A DNA stretch of 64,000 nucleotides. Source: an uncultured Pseudomonadales bacterium. Its GTDB lineage: Bacteria; Pseudomonadota; Gammaproteobacteria; Pseudomonadales; JADFDG01. The position numbers and the translations under genes were made by a program. The DNA is taken from NCBI GenBank assembly GCA_964574995.1, contig CAZNPF010000006.1, forward strand, positions 42,877 through 106,876. Reading direction: 5' to 3'. Shown here piece after piece: positions 1 to 12,094 of the stretch; position 1 is the stretch's first letter, and every line of letters begins with the position of its first letter. Under the pieces are notes generated by a model. The model made no database searches, was not told the DNA's origin, and saw only the letters and a list, made by a program, of their open reading frames with translations.

Positions 1-1674
1 GGCGCGTTTTTTCTCGGCAGCGATGCGGTCGAGAATGCCTTTTTTCTCGTCTTCATCCAGCGCGTAGTACACGTCCTGCCCGGCATCGATACGGAATAGC
101 GGCGGCATCGCCACAAAAACATGGCCCGCCTCCACCAACGCGCGGAAATGCTTCAAAAACAACGCGCACAGCAAGGTGGCAATGTGATGACCGTCGGAAT
201 CCGCATCGGCAAGAATGCAAATCTTGCCGTAACGCAGACCGGACAAATCGGAGGAGCCCGGCTCCAGACCAATCGCCACGGCGATGTCGTGTACTTCTTG
301 CGAGCCGAGCACTTCGTTGCCGTCGACTTCCCAAGTATTCAAAATTTTTCCGCGCAACGGCATGATCGCTTGGAATTCACGATCACGCGCCTGCTTGGCA
401 GAGCCACCCGCCGAATCGCCTTCCACCAAAAATAGTTCTGTACGCGTGATGTCTTGGCCAACGCAATCAGCCAGTTTGCCCGGCAGCGCCGGACCTTGCG
501 TGATTTTCTTGCGCTCGACCTTTTTGGCTGCGCGCAAGCGCGAACCAGCATTGCTGATCGCCATTTCGGCGATTTTTTCCGCCTCGTCCGTGTGCTGATT
601 CAGCCACAGCGAAAAGGCGTCTTTCACCACACCCGTGACAAACGCCGCCGCTTGCCGCGAAGACAGACGTTCTTTGGTTTGCCCCGCAAATTGCGGATCT
701 TGCATTTTTAGACTGAGCACGTGCGCGCAGCGGTCCCAGATATCTTCTGGCGCCAGCTTGACGCCACGCGGCAATAAATTACGGAATTCACAGAACTCAC
801 GCAGTGCTTCCAACAAGCCGGTGCGCAAACCATTGGTGTGGGTGCCGCCCTGCGCGGTGGGAATCAAGTTGACGTAGCTTTCGCCGATCACCTCGCCACC
901 TTCCGGCAGCCAGATCACCGCCCAATCGACTGCTTCTGCTTCCGCCGCAAATGCACCAATGAATGGCTCCGCCGGTAACAGTACTTCGCCACGCGTGGTT
1001 TCCATTAAGTAATCGCGCAGACCGTCTTCGTAATGCCATTCGTCCGTTTCATTTGCGGAAACGTTCTTCAGCGTGACCTTCAGCCCTGGGCAAAGTACGG
1101 CTTTGGCTTTCAGTACATGGCGCAGTTTCGGGATAGAAATGTTCGGCGAGTCGAAATATTTGGCATCTGGAATAAAGCGCACCGAGGTGCCCGTTTCGCG
1201 CTTACCGGCCATGCCGATGATTTTCAGCTCCGATGATTTATCGCCGTTGCGGAATTCCATCTGATAGAGGTTGCCGCCACGCTTCACGGTGACGATCACG
1301 TGCTTGGACAGCGCATTCACTACCGACACGCCAACGCCGTGCAAACCACCAGAGAATTGATAGTTCTTGCCGGAAAATTTTCCACCCGCGTGCAACTTGG
1401 TGAGAATCAACTCGACACCGGAAACTTTTTCTTCCGGGTGAATGTCGACCGGCATGCCGCGACCGTCGTCGATCACTTCGACATACCCGTCGGCATGCAA
1501 GATCACTTCGACATTTTTGGCGTGCCCGGCGAGCGCCTCATCGACCGAGTTGTCGATGACTTCCTGCGCAAGGTGATTGGGCCGTGTGGTGTCGGTGTAC
1601 ATCCCCGGGCGGCGACGCACAGGGTCGAGGCCGGAGAGGACTTCGATGGAGTCGGCGTTGTACTGGTTGGCCAT
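1..1674 (-). CDS. parE: DNA topoisomerase IV subunit B (C-terminus cut off by window edge)
   Basis: Not in the supplied ORF track because it runs off the edge. My own translation from ATG at 1674 reads MANQYNADSIEVLSGLDPVRRRPGMYTDTTRPNHLAQEVIDNSVDEALAG. The Toprim motif ELFLVEGDSAGGS lies near 390-450, and YGKICILADADSDGHHIATLLCALF near 150-250. The frame stays open to base 1. The parE-yqiA-cpdA-nudF neighbourhood favours ParE over GyrB. Confidence 0.9.
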   Translation of the reverse strand, partial: MANQYNADSIEVLSGLDPVRRRPGMYTDTTRPNHLAQEVIDNSVDEALAGHAKNVEVILHADGYVEVIDDGRGMPVDIHPEEKVSGVELILTKLHAGGKFSGKNYQFSGGLHGVGVSVVNALSKHVIVTVKRGGNLYQMEFRNGDKSSELKIIGMAGKRETGTSVRFIPDAKYFDSPNISIPKLRHVLKAKAVLCPGLKVTLKNVSANETDEWHYEDGLRDYLMETTRGEVLLPAEPFIGAFAAEAEAVDWAVIWLPEGGEVIGESYVNLIPTAQGGTHTNGLRTGLLEALREFCEFRNLLPRGVKLAPEDIWDRCAHVLSLKMQDPQFAGQTKERLSSRQAAAFVTGVVKDAFSLWLNQHTDEAEKIAEMAISNAGSRLRAAKKVERKKITQGPALPGKLADCVGQDITRTELFLVEGDSAGGSAKQARDREFQAIMPLRGKILNTWEVDGNEVLGSQEVHDIAVAIGLEPGSSDLSGLRYGKICILADADSDGHHIATLLCALFLKHFRALVEAGHVFVAMPPLFRIDAGQDVYYALDEDEKKGILDRIAAEKKRA

Positions 1675-1828
1675 GTATCTCTCAAAGAAATGCGCCATGA
1701 CGACGCGTTATATCGGGTCCCACTGCCGATGCTGCTCCGGGCGACTGGGCGTCTCGTCGGTCAGACTACGCTAGACCTTCCCTCGACACAGGTCGCCTTC
1801 GCAGATCGGCGCGGACCCGACCGCGCCA

Positions 1829-2413
1829 TCAACTCGGCAGGGGGGTGGTGATTCCCGCGAAACGGTATATGAGCGGAAGACAATCTTCAAAATTATCGAA
1901 GCCATGGCTGCCGCCGATTTGCTTGAGGACGGAACAGTCGCGGTAGTAATCCGCCGCAACACGCCAGTCCAGCGTCTCGTCGCCCGTCTGCAGCAGCACC
2001 AGAAAATCCTGGGGACGCGCAAGCGTCGGCACCGCTAGCGCGCGTAGCGCATCGACATGCGCCAGTGTCAGCTCCCAACGCTCGCCGGTGTAATGGTTGG
2101 TTTGGGTGCCCAGATAGCCGTCGAAATGCAACCAAGGCCGCACCGCCGGATTGATCAGCGCGGCCCGCAAACCATGCTGCTGCGCCAGATACGTGGCGTA
2201 GCACCCCCCCAGCGAACTGCCCAACAGCAGCGGCTGACCCAGCCGGGCAATTTCTTTTTCCAGTAACGCGATGGCGCCCGCCGGGTCGTTCGGCAAGGTC
2301 GGGATGGCGCACGGGACTGCAGGGTGATGACGCGCAAGATCGGCCGCCAGTTGCTGCGCTTTGGCCGACTGCGGCGAGCTGTTGAAGCCGTGGATGTAAA
2401 GAAGGGATGTCAT
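1829..2413 (-). CDS. yqiA: esterase YqiA-like alpha/beta hydrolase
   Basis: Lies in ORF 1829..2470. The likely start is ATG 2413 (MTSLLYIHGFNSSPQS). It has a GSSLGG nucleophile elbow and sits between parE and cpdA, as E. coli yqiA does. Confidence 0.8.
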   Translation of the reverse strand: MTSLLYIHGFNSSPQSAKAQQLAADLARHHPAVPCAIPTLPNDPAGAIALLEKEIARLGQPLLLGSSLGGCYATYLAQQHGLRAALINPAVRPWLHFDGYLGTQTNHYTGERWELTLAHVDALRALAVPTLARPQDFLVLLQTGDETLDWRVAADYYRDCSVLKQIGGSHGFDNFEDCLPLIYRFAGITTPLPS

Positions 2414-2493
2414 GCAGAGCGCATCAAGGTCGCGGAAGAACGCGAGAGGGTCGACGTGATGACGGAGCAACCACGCTGAAACCGTCGACGAGT

Positions 2494-3303
2494 TTAATAA
2501 CCCTTGACCGAGAAATCGACTTCGAACTTGATGCCCTGCACACGCGAAATGCCGGTGGTGATTTTTCCGTCCGCATGCAAATCCAACCAGCGATAACCTG
2601 GCGCCGCGTCGTCAACGGCAAAGTCTTCCGACTTCGGTTTGAACTGCACGCAGGTCGATGGCACCGACATCAACTTCACGCCTTTGCGTTCGCCTTCAAA
2701 CGCCTGATGCACATGACCCCAAATCACCGCACGCACATTGCTGTGCTTATCCAAAATCTGGAAGAAACGGTCGGCATTGCCCACGATCTGCGTATCCAAC
2801 CATAAACAACCCATGGGCACCGGCTGATGGTGCAGGCACACCAGCACGTGACGATCGCCGGATGCCTGCAATGAAGCTTCCAGAAATTCGAAATCATCTT
2901 CGTGCAAGAAACCGGGGACTTCGTGCGGAATCGTGGAATCCAACATCACCACATCCCAACCCGGCAACTTCGCCACACAGGGCGACAGTTTTGACGGATC
3001 TGGCAACGAGGCGCGCATCGGCTCGGTGACGTCGTGATTACCTTCGAGCCAATAACAAGGCACAGCGGCAAAGCGCTTGAGCTTATCCAGCAAGCGCGCA
3101 TAGGACGCCGGAGAAGCGTCCTGCGACAGATCACCTGTCGCGAGCAACAGATCTATCGCGGGTTGCTCCAGCGCGATCAGATCGAGTACCCGGTTCAGGC
3201 TATCGTCCGTGTTAAGTCCCAGCAGTTTGCCGTCAGTGCGTCCGAACAAGTGAGAGTCGGAGAACTGGACAACCCGCAAAGGCCGGCCTGCGCTTCGTGC
3301 CAA
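2494..3303 (-). CDS. cpdA: 3',5'-cyclic-nucleotide phosphodiesterase CpdA (metallophosphoesterase)
   Basis: Carries the metallophosphoesterase motifs FSDSH, ATGDLSQD, EGNHD, CLHHQP and WGHVHQ. Synteny with yqiA and nudF supports the call. Confidence 0.85.
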   Translation of the reverse strand: MARSAGRPLRVVQFSDSHLFGRTDGKLLGLNTDDSLNRVLDLIALEQPAIDLLLATGDLSQDASPASYARLLDKLKRFAAVPCYWLEGNHDVTEPMRASLPDPSKLSPCVAKLPGWDVVMLDSTIPHEVPGFLHEDDFEFLEASLQASGDRHVLVCLHHQPVPMGCLWLDTQIVGNADRFFQILDKHSNVRAVIWGHVHQAFEGERKGVKLMSVPSTCVQFKPKSEDFAVDDAAPGYRWLDLHADGKITTGISRVQGIKFEVDFSVKGY

Positions 3304-3417
3304 GGTGAAGATTTCCTAGAGTGAAACGTCGCTCTTATAACCGAACTCCCCGAGCAATATCCAGTACATAGACCACATTGCTGATGTGGTATGTGAACCA
3401 GTACCGCACCCGACCAC

Positions 3418-3888
3418 TCACGCCGGGCAGGAAGCTCGACCCCAACGTAGACAATGTTGCAACCATTCGCCCAGCAAGCGATTCACTTGTAGTTTTTCGT
3501 CAGGAAGAAACATCTCGGGGTTCGGATACGGATAGCGGGCCTGCAGCCGACGACGGCGGCGAAACTCCGTGACTTCGGCCACCCGCGCATCATGACAAAG
3601 CCGGACGGTGGCCTGCAGGGGTGCCACCCACCCATCCGTGGCATGCGTTTCGGCCAGATCCACCAGCGTGGTGAAAGGCCCCCGCTCGCGCACACGGGCA
3701 CACACCTCCGCCTGCTGCCCTGAAGGACCCGTCACGCCGAACTCTCGATGGTCCTGCGTTCGTAGGTCGGGCAATACCTGCATCAGCAATACGTAGTTCG
3801 CTTCCGCCTGCGCCAGCAAATCACGCAACACCGCCGCCCGCGGTGATTCCGATTGCGGCACCACTCGCAACACAATGCGGTGCTTCAT
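3418..3888 (-). CDS. DUF1249 (YqiB-like) protein
   Basis: Lies in ORF 3418..4026. The probable start is MKHRIVLRVV at 3888, giving an ATGA overlap with the nudF stop. The position matches E. coli yqiB between nudF and cpdA. Confidence 0.65.
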   Translation of the reverse strand: MKHRIVLRVVPQSESPRAAVLRDLLAQAEANYVLLMQVLPDLRTQDHREFGVTGPSGQQAEVCARVRERGPFTTLVDLAETHATDGWVAPLQATVRLCHDARVAEVTEFRRRRRLQARYPYPNPEMFLPDEKLQVNRLLGEWLQHCLRWGRASCPA

Positions 3889-4523
3889 CGGCCACGCTCT
3901 GCAGCCGCCACCAAGGCTGGCAGTTGTGCGCGCTTCAAGAACAGCCACTGCAACGCAATGATCGTGGCGGCATTGCAAATACGGCCCGCGTCCAACATCG
4001 CACGCGCAGCCTCTAGCGGCACACAATGCACACGGATGTCTTCATTTTCTTCTGCCAGGCCATGCACGCCGCCCAGCCCTTCGCTGTCCACCAACCCCAA
4101 AAACAGATGCACGACTTCATCGCAGGCACCCGGGCTCGGCAAGTAACGGGCAATCGGTAGCAGGGTGCCGATCGTGCAACCGGCTTCTTCTACCGCTTCA
4201 CGGCGCGCAACATCCGCAGGATCTTCGTTTTGCTTGTCGACGAGGCCAGCAACCAACTCCAGCAACCACGGGTTATCCACTTTGCCGATCGCCGGCGCAC
4301 GAAACTGCTCGATCATCACCACCACATCGCGCGCAGAATCGAACAACAAGACGACGGCCGCCTCGTGCCGCACAAAGACTTCTCGATTGAAGAGCTCTGT
4401 CCAGCCACCTGCAAACAAACGGTGACGGACCTTGAACCGCTCCAGCCGAAAAAATCCCTGATAGAGCGGCTCACGCACCACCAATTCACAATCGGTCGCG
4501 GCAAAAGGCTGCTTGATGCTCAT
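3885..4523 (-). CDS. nudF: ADP-ribose pyrophosphatase (Nudix)
   Basis: Nudix box GLVDKQNEDPADVARREAVEEAGC. The N-terminal domain is typical of NudF/AspP, and synteny agrees. Confidence 0.85.
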   Translation of the reverse strand: MSIKQPFAATDCELVVREPLYQGFFRLERFKVRHRLFAGGWTELFNREVFVRHEAAVVLLFDSARDVVVMIEQFRAPAIGKVDNPWLLELVAGLVDKQNEDPADVARREAVEEAGCTIGTLLPIARYLPSPGACDEVVHLFLGLVDSEGLGGVHGLAEENEDIRVHCVPLEAARAMLDAGRICNAATIIALQWLFLKRAQLPALVAAAERGR

Positions 4524-4526
4524 CGT

Positions 4527-6551
<2,025 letters not shown>

Positions 6552-6628
6552 TCAGCGTACAGACGTTGAGGCGCTCGTCGATTTCACCCATGATGGCCGC
6601 GCCCGCAGACACCCCTGAGGTTTCCCTG

Positions 6629-8083
6629 ATGCGTCGTCCTACCCGCTTGCGTTTCGCCCTGCTGCCACTGGTAGCCACCCTGCTGGGACTGGCCGGCCAC
6701 GCGCAGGCAGAGAGTCTTGCCGATGTGCTGGCTGCGGCTGATGCCAACGACCCGCAATGGAGCGCCACACGCGCTTCGCTGGAAGCGCAAAAACAGGTGT
6801 TGACGCAGGGACGTGCCGGCTTATTGCCAACCGTCGTCGCAACAGCAGATTACAGTCAGAACAATGTTGAGCGTGGTAGCACGCCTGAGCAGGATTACGA
6901 CGCGAATGAACTTGCGCTGCAAGCCACGCAGCCCTTGCTGCGATTTGATCGTTGGTATGACTATCAGACGGCGCGCGCCACACGCTCACAGGTAGATGCC
7001 GAGCAAGTCAGCGCGGAACAGGATTACTTGGTTCGCGTCACTGAAACGTATCTCGGCGTGCTCAGTGCAGCCGAGCAGTTGGCTTACGCCCGCGCCGAAG
7101 AAGCCGCGCTGCAACGGCAATTGGAACAAGCCCGCCAACGTTTTCAGGTGGGGCTGATTGCCATCACCGACGTGCACGAAACGCAAGCCGCCTATGATCT
7201 GGCAAAGGTCGGCTTGATCGTTGCTGAAAGTGCACAGTCTGTGGCGCGCGCACGTTTGCAAACGCTGACTGGACAACGCTACACGCAACTCGCATTTCCC
7301 GGCGAAGACATGCCGACCAATTTGCCAGATCCGGAAGGCGCAGACGCTTGGGCTGAACTCGCCCGCAAGGGCAACGCCGATCTGATCGCCGCGCGTTTCG
7401 CCGCCAAAGCGGCAAAGCAATCGGCTCGCTCGGCCGCGTCCGGCTACCTGCCAACGGTGGACGCATACGCCCGCCTCAGCGAAATGAACACGCTCGACTA
7501 CATGAGCGGAAACAACATCGATATTTCCAGCCAGACCGTCGGCATCAAAGCAGAGTGGCCGTTGTTTACCGGTGGCGCCACCACCGCCAAACGTCGCCAA
7601 GCCTATTCCAATAGCGATGCTGCACAGGAAAATCTACGCGCGAGTGAAATCAATGCCGTCGAAGGCGCACGCACTCAGTATCAAGTGCTGGAAGCTGACG
7701 TATTACGGGTCGCCGCGCGCAAGCAAGCCATCATCTCAGCGCAGAGCGCCCTGGATGCCACGCAAGCCGGTTACGAAGTCGGCACTCGCAATATCGTTGA
7801 CGTACTGCAAGCGCAACGTGTGTCATTTTCGGCGCGACGCGATCTGGCCAACGCACGTTATGACTACATCCTAGATTTGTTGCGCTTGCATCGCGCCGCC
7901 GGGTCGCTGTCGCGCGAAGCGCTACTGTCGTACAACAAGTGGCTCAACGTCACACTGTCTTTGACCAGCGGCGAAATCATGGTCAATCCAGAAGCCGCGG
8001 TTGCCGCGCCAGCTGCACCGCAAAACACCGCCACCCCGCCCGCAGAGCCAGCGACCAATTCCGCGCCAGCCACTGCCCCGTGA
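6629..8083 (+). CDS. tolC: TolC-family outer membrane channel
   Basis: Lies in ORF 6566..8083. The likely start is ATG 6629 (MRRPTRLRFALLPLVATLLGLAGHAQA signal peptide). It has the two-repeat TolC architecture and a Pro/Ala/Thr-rich C-terminal tail. It is divergent from the nudF/thiC block, like tolC/opmH. Confidence 0.85.
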   Translation: MRRPTRLRFALLPLVATLLGLAGHAQAESLADVLAAADANDPQWSATRASLEAQKQVLTQGRAGLLPTVVATADYSQNNVERGSTPEQDYDANELALQATQPLLRFDRWYDYQTARATRSQVDAEQVSAEQDYLVRVTETYLGVLSAAEQLAYARAEEAALQRQLEQARQRFQVGLIAITDVHETQAAYDLAKVGLIVAESAQSVARARLQTLTGQRYTQLAFPGEDMPTNLPDPEGADAWAELARKGNADLIAARFAAKAAKQSARSAASGYLPTVDAYARLSEMNTLDYMSGNNIDISSQTVGIKAEWPLFTGGATTAKRRQAYSNSDAAQENLRASEINAVEGARTQYQVLEADVLRVAARKQAIISAQSALDATQAGYEVGTRNIVDVLQAQRVSFSARRDLANARYDYILDLLRLHRAAGSLSREALLSYNKWLNVTLSLTSGEIMVNPEAAVAAPAAPQNTATPPAEPATNSAPATAP

Positions 8084-8104
8084 AACAGACCGAAAAAATA
8101 AAAA

Positions 8105-8128
8105 AGCCGGCGTGATGCCGGCTTTTTT
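8105..8128. terminator. bidirectional rho-independent terminator between tolC and the ugd-like gene
   Basis: Stem AGCCGGC (8105-8111) / loop GTGAT / stem GCCGGCT (8117-8123). An A-run precedes it and a T6 run follows. Confidence 0.7.
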
Positions 8129-8145
8129 ATTGGCGCTCCGCGGCA

Positions 8146-9432
8146 TCAGCCGCGACCAATTCCGTAATAGTGAAATCCTTGCGCCCGCGCTGCTTGCGGG
8201 TCATACAGATTGCGTCCATCCAACAACACCGGTGTACGCAGCACTTGCCGTAGCCGCGCAAAATCCGGCTGGCGATACAGCGGCCATTCCGTTAAGACCA
8301 GCAAAGCATCTGCGCTTTCTGCGGCTTGCCAGCGATCCGCATAGCAACTTAAAGCAGAATGCTCTCCGATCTGCGCGCGTAATTGTTCAAGCGCCTTGGG
8401 ATCGTGTGCCTGCACCCGCGCACCCTGCGCGAGCAATGCCCGCACAATGCTCAACGATGGCGCATGATCGACACGATCCGTTTCAGGTTTGAACGCCACA
8501 CCCCAAATCGCGATCGTTTTCCCCGCCAATTGGCCGTGATAATGCTGCCACAGTTTACGGAACAACAATTCTTTCTGTTCTTCATTGACCGCGATGGCGG
8601 TATCCACCAGCTTCGACGCCACACCTGACGCATCCAAGGTGGTCTTCAGTGACATCAGGTCTTGATAAAAACCGGTGCCACCAAAGCCACATCCCGGTTG
8701 CAAATGGTGACTACCGATACGCTCGTCAGAGCCCACGCCCAATCGTACGCGCTCAATATCGATGCCCAGCGCGTCGGCCACGTTGGCCATGTCATTCATG
8801 TACGACAAGCGTGTCGCCAACATGCCATTGACCACTTGCTTGGTAAATTCTGCATCGCGAGCAGGCATGACCAGCACGGGCACCTCGTTACCCATGCATA
8901 TGCGCAGCAAATTCTGCAGCGTCACGGTTGCCCAATCGTTATTGCTGCCAATGATTACGCGATCAGGCCGACGGAAATTTTCCAACGCGCTGCCTCGGCG
9001 CAAAAAATCTGGAAGGCTTACCGCAACACGGTGCGCCTTGCTGCCATCCGCCAACCGTGCAGCAAAATCATCGGTCACACCGACGCCATAATTCACCTGG
9101 TTGACCAGCAGCATTTCACCGGCTCGGTGCGACAGCGCGGCAACCAATAACTCTGCCGCTTCGCGCTCCTCCGGTTGCAGCGCGAGAAAATGGATCGTGG
9201 CATCCGCAGGAATATTGATCAGTTCGCCCACGACGGACAGGCCGCCATCACGCTGCGCCGCGAGCAGCGCCTCTGCTAATCCGGTTTCATCAAACGATAA
9301 TTCGCCACCCGCCACGGCTGCCGCATTGGCAGCACTGCCACACGCGAGCCACACCGGCTGCCCGGCTTTCGCCAGCGAAACCGCTGTGACGAGGGCGGTG
9401 AGTCCATTGCCATGCACAATGACCGGCTTCAT
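8146..9432 (-). CDS. UDP-glucose/GDP-mannose dehydrogenase-family paralog lacking the catalytic cysteine
   Basis: Aligns along its length with the bona fide Ugd at 18854..20203 (AIWGVAFKPETD, TEWPLYR, LLDGRNLYDP, YYGIGRG). The canonical GGSCFPKD motif reads GGTGFYQD, and NPEFLKEG reads LPDFLRRG. The start has an ATGA overlap with the pgi stop. Confidence 0.8.
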   Translation of the reverse strand: MKPVIVHGNGLTALVTAVSLAKAGQPVWLACGSAANAAAVAGGELSFDETGLAEALLAAQRDGGLSVVGELINIPADATIHFLALQPEEREAAELLVAALSHRAGEMLLVNQVNYGVGVTDDFAARLADGSKAHRVAVSLPDFLRRGSALENFRRPDRVIIGSNNDWATVTLQNLLRICMGNEVPVLVMPARDAEFTKQVVNGMLATRLSYMNDMANVADALGIDIERVRLGVGSDERIGSHHLQPGCGFGGTGFYQDLMSLKTTLDASGVASKLVDTAIAVNEEQKELLFRKLWQHYHGQLAGKTIAIWGVAFKPETDRVDHAPSLSIVRALLAQGARVQAHDPKALEQLRAQIGEHSALSCYADRWQAAESADALLVLTEWPLYRQPDFARLRQVLRTPVLLDGRNLYDPQAARAQGFHYYGIGRG

Positions 9433-11078
9433 GCGCCACCGCCTTTTGCTTGTGCGTCGGCACCTGTCGCCCGAATGTGTGCCGCTAGCGCACGTGTCGC
9501 GGGATCGCCGCCCGCGCCATCACCATCGAGCACGGCCAGCGTTTCTCGTGCAACTTGTTTGCCGAGCTCCACGCCCCACTGATCAAACGGATTGATCCGC
9601 CACAAGACGGACTCCACAAATACTTTGTGCTCATAAAGCGCAATTAGCGCGCCCAACGAAAATGGTGTGAGCTCATCCAGCAACAAAGTCGTGGATGGTT
9701 GATTACCGTGGTAATGCCGCCACGCCGGGCGCGCCGCATCAACATCGCCCAAGGCCAGCAAACTCGCTTGCGCCAAGCAATTGGCTAGCGCCAAACGATG
9801 TTGCGATGCGAGTTCACGGCGTGCTTGTTCGCCGCGCACCGGAAATTCGCGACGAACTGGCGCAATAAAATCACACGTTACCGGCACCGTGCCTTGATGC
9901 AGCAGTTGATAAAACGCATGCTGTGCATTGGGGCCTACGCCGCCCCACAGCACCGGGCATGTTTCGTAATTCACTTTTTCGCCGTCGCGGTCAACGCTCT
10001 TGCCGTTGCTCTCCATCGCCAACTGCTCGAGGTAAGCCGGGAACATGGCAAGACGGCCGTCATACGGCAGCACTGCTTGCGCGCGGATTCCTAGAAAACT
10101 CGCATTCCAGACACCAACCAACCCCAACAACACCGGCAGGTTTTGTGTCAGTGGCGCATGACGAAAATGTTCGTCTAGAAAATGCGCCCCAGCCAACAAG
10201 CGGCGGAATGCATCCATGCCTACTTGTAGCGCAATCGGAAAACCGATGGTCGACCACAGCGAATAACGCCCGCCCACCCATTGCCAGAACAGCAACAGAT
10301 TGTCTTCGTGCATACCCCAGGCTTTTGCTTTCTCTGGGCTCGCCGTCACACCAATGAAATGCTGACGCAAAAGCAGCGCTTCATCCGCGCAGTGTGAAAG
10401 CAGCCATTCCCGTGCTGTGCGCGCATTGGCCAACGTGTCGGCGGTAGAAAATGATTTTGAAGAAACGATGAATAACGTGGTTTCCGGATCCAACACTTGC
10501 AGCAACCGATTGAGCTGGCTGCCGTCCATGCTAGATGCAAAATGGACACGCAGATTTTTTGCACGCGGATCGGTGAAGTCATGCAAGGCATCACACACCA
10601 TCGCCGGCCCAAGATCAGAACCGCCGACACCAATATTGACGATATCGCTGATCGAATGACCGCTGTATCCACGCCAGTGTCCGGTATGCAAACGATCAAC
10701 CATTGCCGCCATGCGTGAGCGTTCCCGCTCGACGGCCTGACCGAGATCGGACCCTTTCACCGGGAAAGCACTGCCTGCCGGCACACGCAATGCCATGTGC
10801 AATGCCGCTTGCTGCTCGGTGTCGTTGATTTGCTCGCCGGCAAACAGGCGGGTAATCCAGCCAGACATGTTTGTCGCGCCAGCAAATGCCTGTAATTTTT
10901 CCAGCGTCAGCGCATCAATGCGTTGGCGGGATAAATCCAGCAGAAAAGGACCAGCTCGGTACATGAGTTGTTCGACACGTCCGGCATCCGCTGCAAACAA
11001 CTGCCGCAGATGCGTGCCAGAACTAGCGCGAGCATGCGCTACCAAAGCCTGCCATTCGGGAAGGGAGTCGACGGTCAC
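9429..11078 (-). CDS. pgi: glucose-6-phosphate isomerase
   Basis: A 549-aa translation with typical Pgi segments (IGVGGSDLGP, ESNGK, LWGGVGPNAQHAFYQLLHQG). Confidence 0.95.
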   Translation of the reverse strand: MTVDSLPEWQALVAHARASSGTHLRQLFAADAGRVEQLMYRAGPFLLDLSRQRIDALTLEKLQAFAGATNMSGWITRLFAGEQINDTEQQAALHMALRVPAGSAFPVKGSDLGQAVERERSRMAAMVDRLHTGHWRGYSGHSISDIVNIGVGGSDLGPAMVCDALHDFTDPRAKNLRVHFASSMDGSQLNRLLQVLDPETTLFIVSSKSFSTADTLANARTAREWLLSHCADEALLLRQHFIGVTASPEKAKAWGMHEDNLLLFWQWVGGRYSLWSTIGFPIALQVGMDAFRRLLAGAHFLDEHFRHAPLTQNLPVLLGLVGVWNASFLGIRAQAVLPYDGRLAMFPAYLEQLAMESNGKSVDRDGEKVNYETCPVLWGGVGPNAQHAFYQLLHQGTVPVTCDFIAPVRREFPVRGEQARRELASQHRLALANCLAQASLLALGDVDAARPAWRHYHGNQPSTTLLLDELTPFSLGALIALYEHKVFVESVLWRINPFDQWGVELGKQVARETLAVLDGDGAGGDPATRALAAHIRATGADAQAKGGGA

Positions 11079-11230
11079 GGAATCAATCGCTTCTTATTGT
11101 CTGCAATGTTGGTCGTCAGCAATGTAGGGATGGCGCACCGCATTCATGGCGCTAGAATGCGCGCAACTCTAGCACAGCACACCGCGCCACTTGTGCGGGT
11201 GCATCCCACCATCGCCGCCCCGGAAATCCC

Positions 11231-12094
11231 ATGAGCCGCACTATCCGCAAGGTCGTCTTGCCCGTCGCCGGCCTAGGCACCCGCTGCCTGCCTGCCACCA
11301 AGGTTCTGCCCAAGGAAATGCTGCCGGTATTTGATCGCCCGCTGATTCAGTACGCGGTGGAAGAAGCGGCCGCCGCCGGAATCCGCGACGTCATTCTGGT
11401 CAGCGCGCGCGGCAAGTCGATGCTGGAAGATCACTTCGATCGTGCACCGGAATTGGAGCGCGTCCTGGAATCGCGCGGCAAAACGGCCGCACTGGCCATC
11501 GCACGTGGCGCGCTGCCGACGGGTGTCACAATCAGCACCGTACGGCAGTCAGAGGCACTGGGTCTTGGTCACGCCGTTTGGTGTGCGCGTGAATTGATCG
11601 GCGATGAGCCTTTCGCGGTGATGTTGCCGGATGATCTGGTGCTCTCTGATCGCGCCTGCCTTGCGCAAATGATTGAGGCTTGGCAGCGCGTCGGTGGCAA
11701 TCTGGCCGCTGTAGAAGAAGTGCCAGCTGCAGAGACTGCACGCTACGGCATTCTTGATGTCGAGCAGGAAAATGGTCCTCTGGCACGCGCGCGTGGTTTG
11801 GTAGAAAAACCAAAACCCGAGGTCGCGCCGTCTCGGCTGGCGATCATTGGTCGCTACATTCTTGAACCCGCTGTATTGCGCCAGCTCGATGCCGGCAAGC
11901 GCGGTGCCGGTGGCGAAATCCAACTCACCGATGCCATGGCCGATTGCATTCCACAGACACCGTTCCACGGTTTTCGTTTCAACGGTAAACGCATTGATTG
12001 TGGTTCGCCCGAAGGGCTGGTTGAAGCGAATGTCGCCATGGCAGCGCGTGATCCCGCGCTGCGCGCCAAGCTGCGCGCGTTATTGGCTGACTGA
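11231..12094 (+). CDS. galU: UTP--glucose-1-phosphate uridylyltransferase
   Basis: VVLPVAGLGTRCLPATKVLPKEMLPV is a typical GalU N-terminus, and the length fits. Confidence 0.93.
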   Translation: MSRTIRKVVLPVAGLGTRCLPATKVLPKEMLPVFDRPLIQYAVEEAAAAGIRDVILVSARGKSMLEDHFDRAPELERVLESRGKTAALAIARGALPTGVTISTVRQSEALGLGHAVWCARELIGDEPFAVMLPDDLVLSDRACLAQMIEAWQRVGGNLAAVEEVPAAETARYGILDVEQENGPLARARGLVEKPKPEVAPSRLAIIGRYILEPAVLRQLDAGKRGAGGEIQLTDAMADCIPQTPFHGFRFNGKRIDCGSPEGLVEANVAMAARDPALRAKLRALLAD

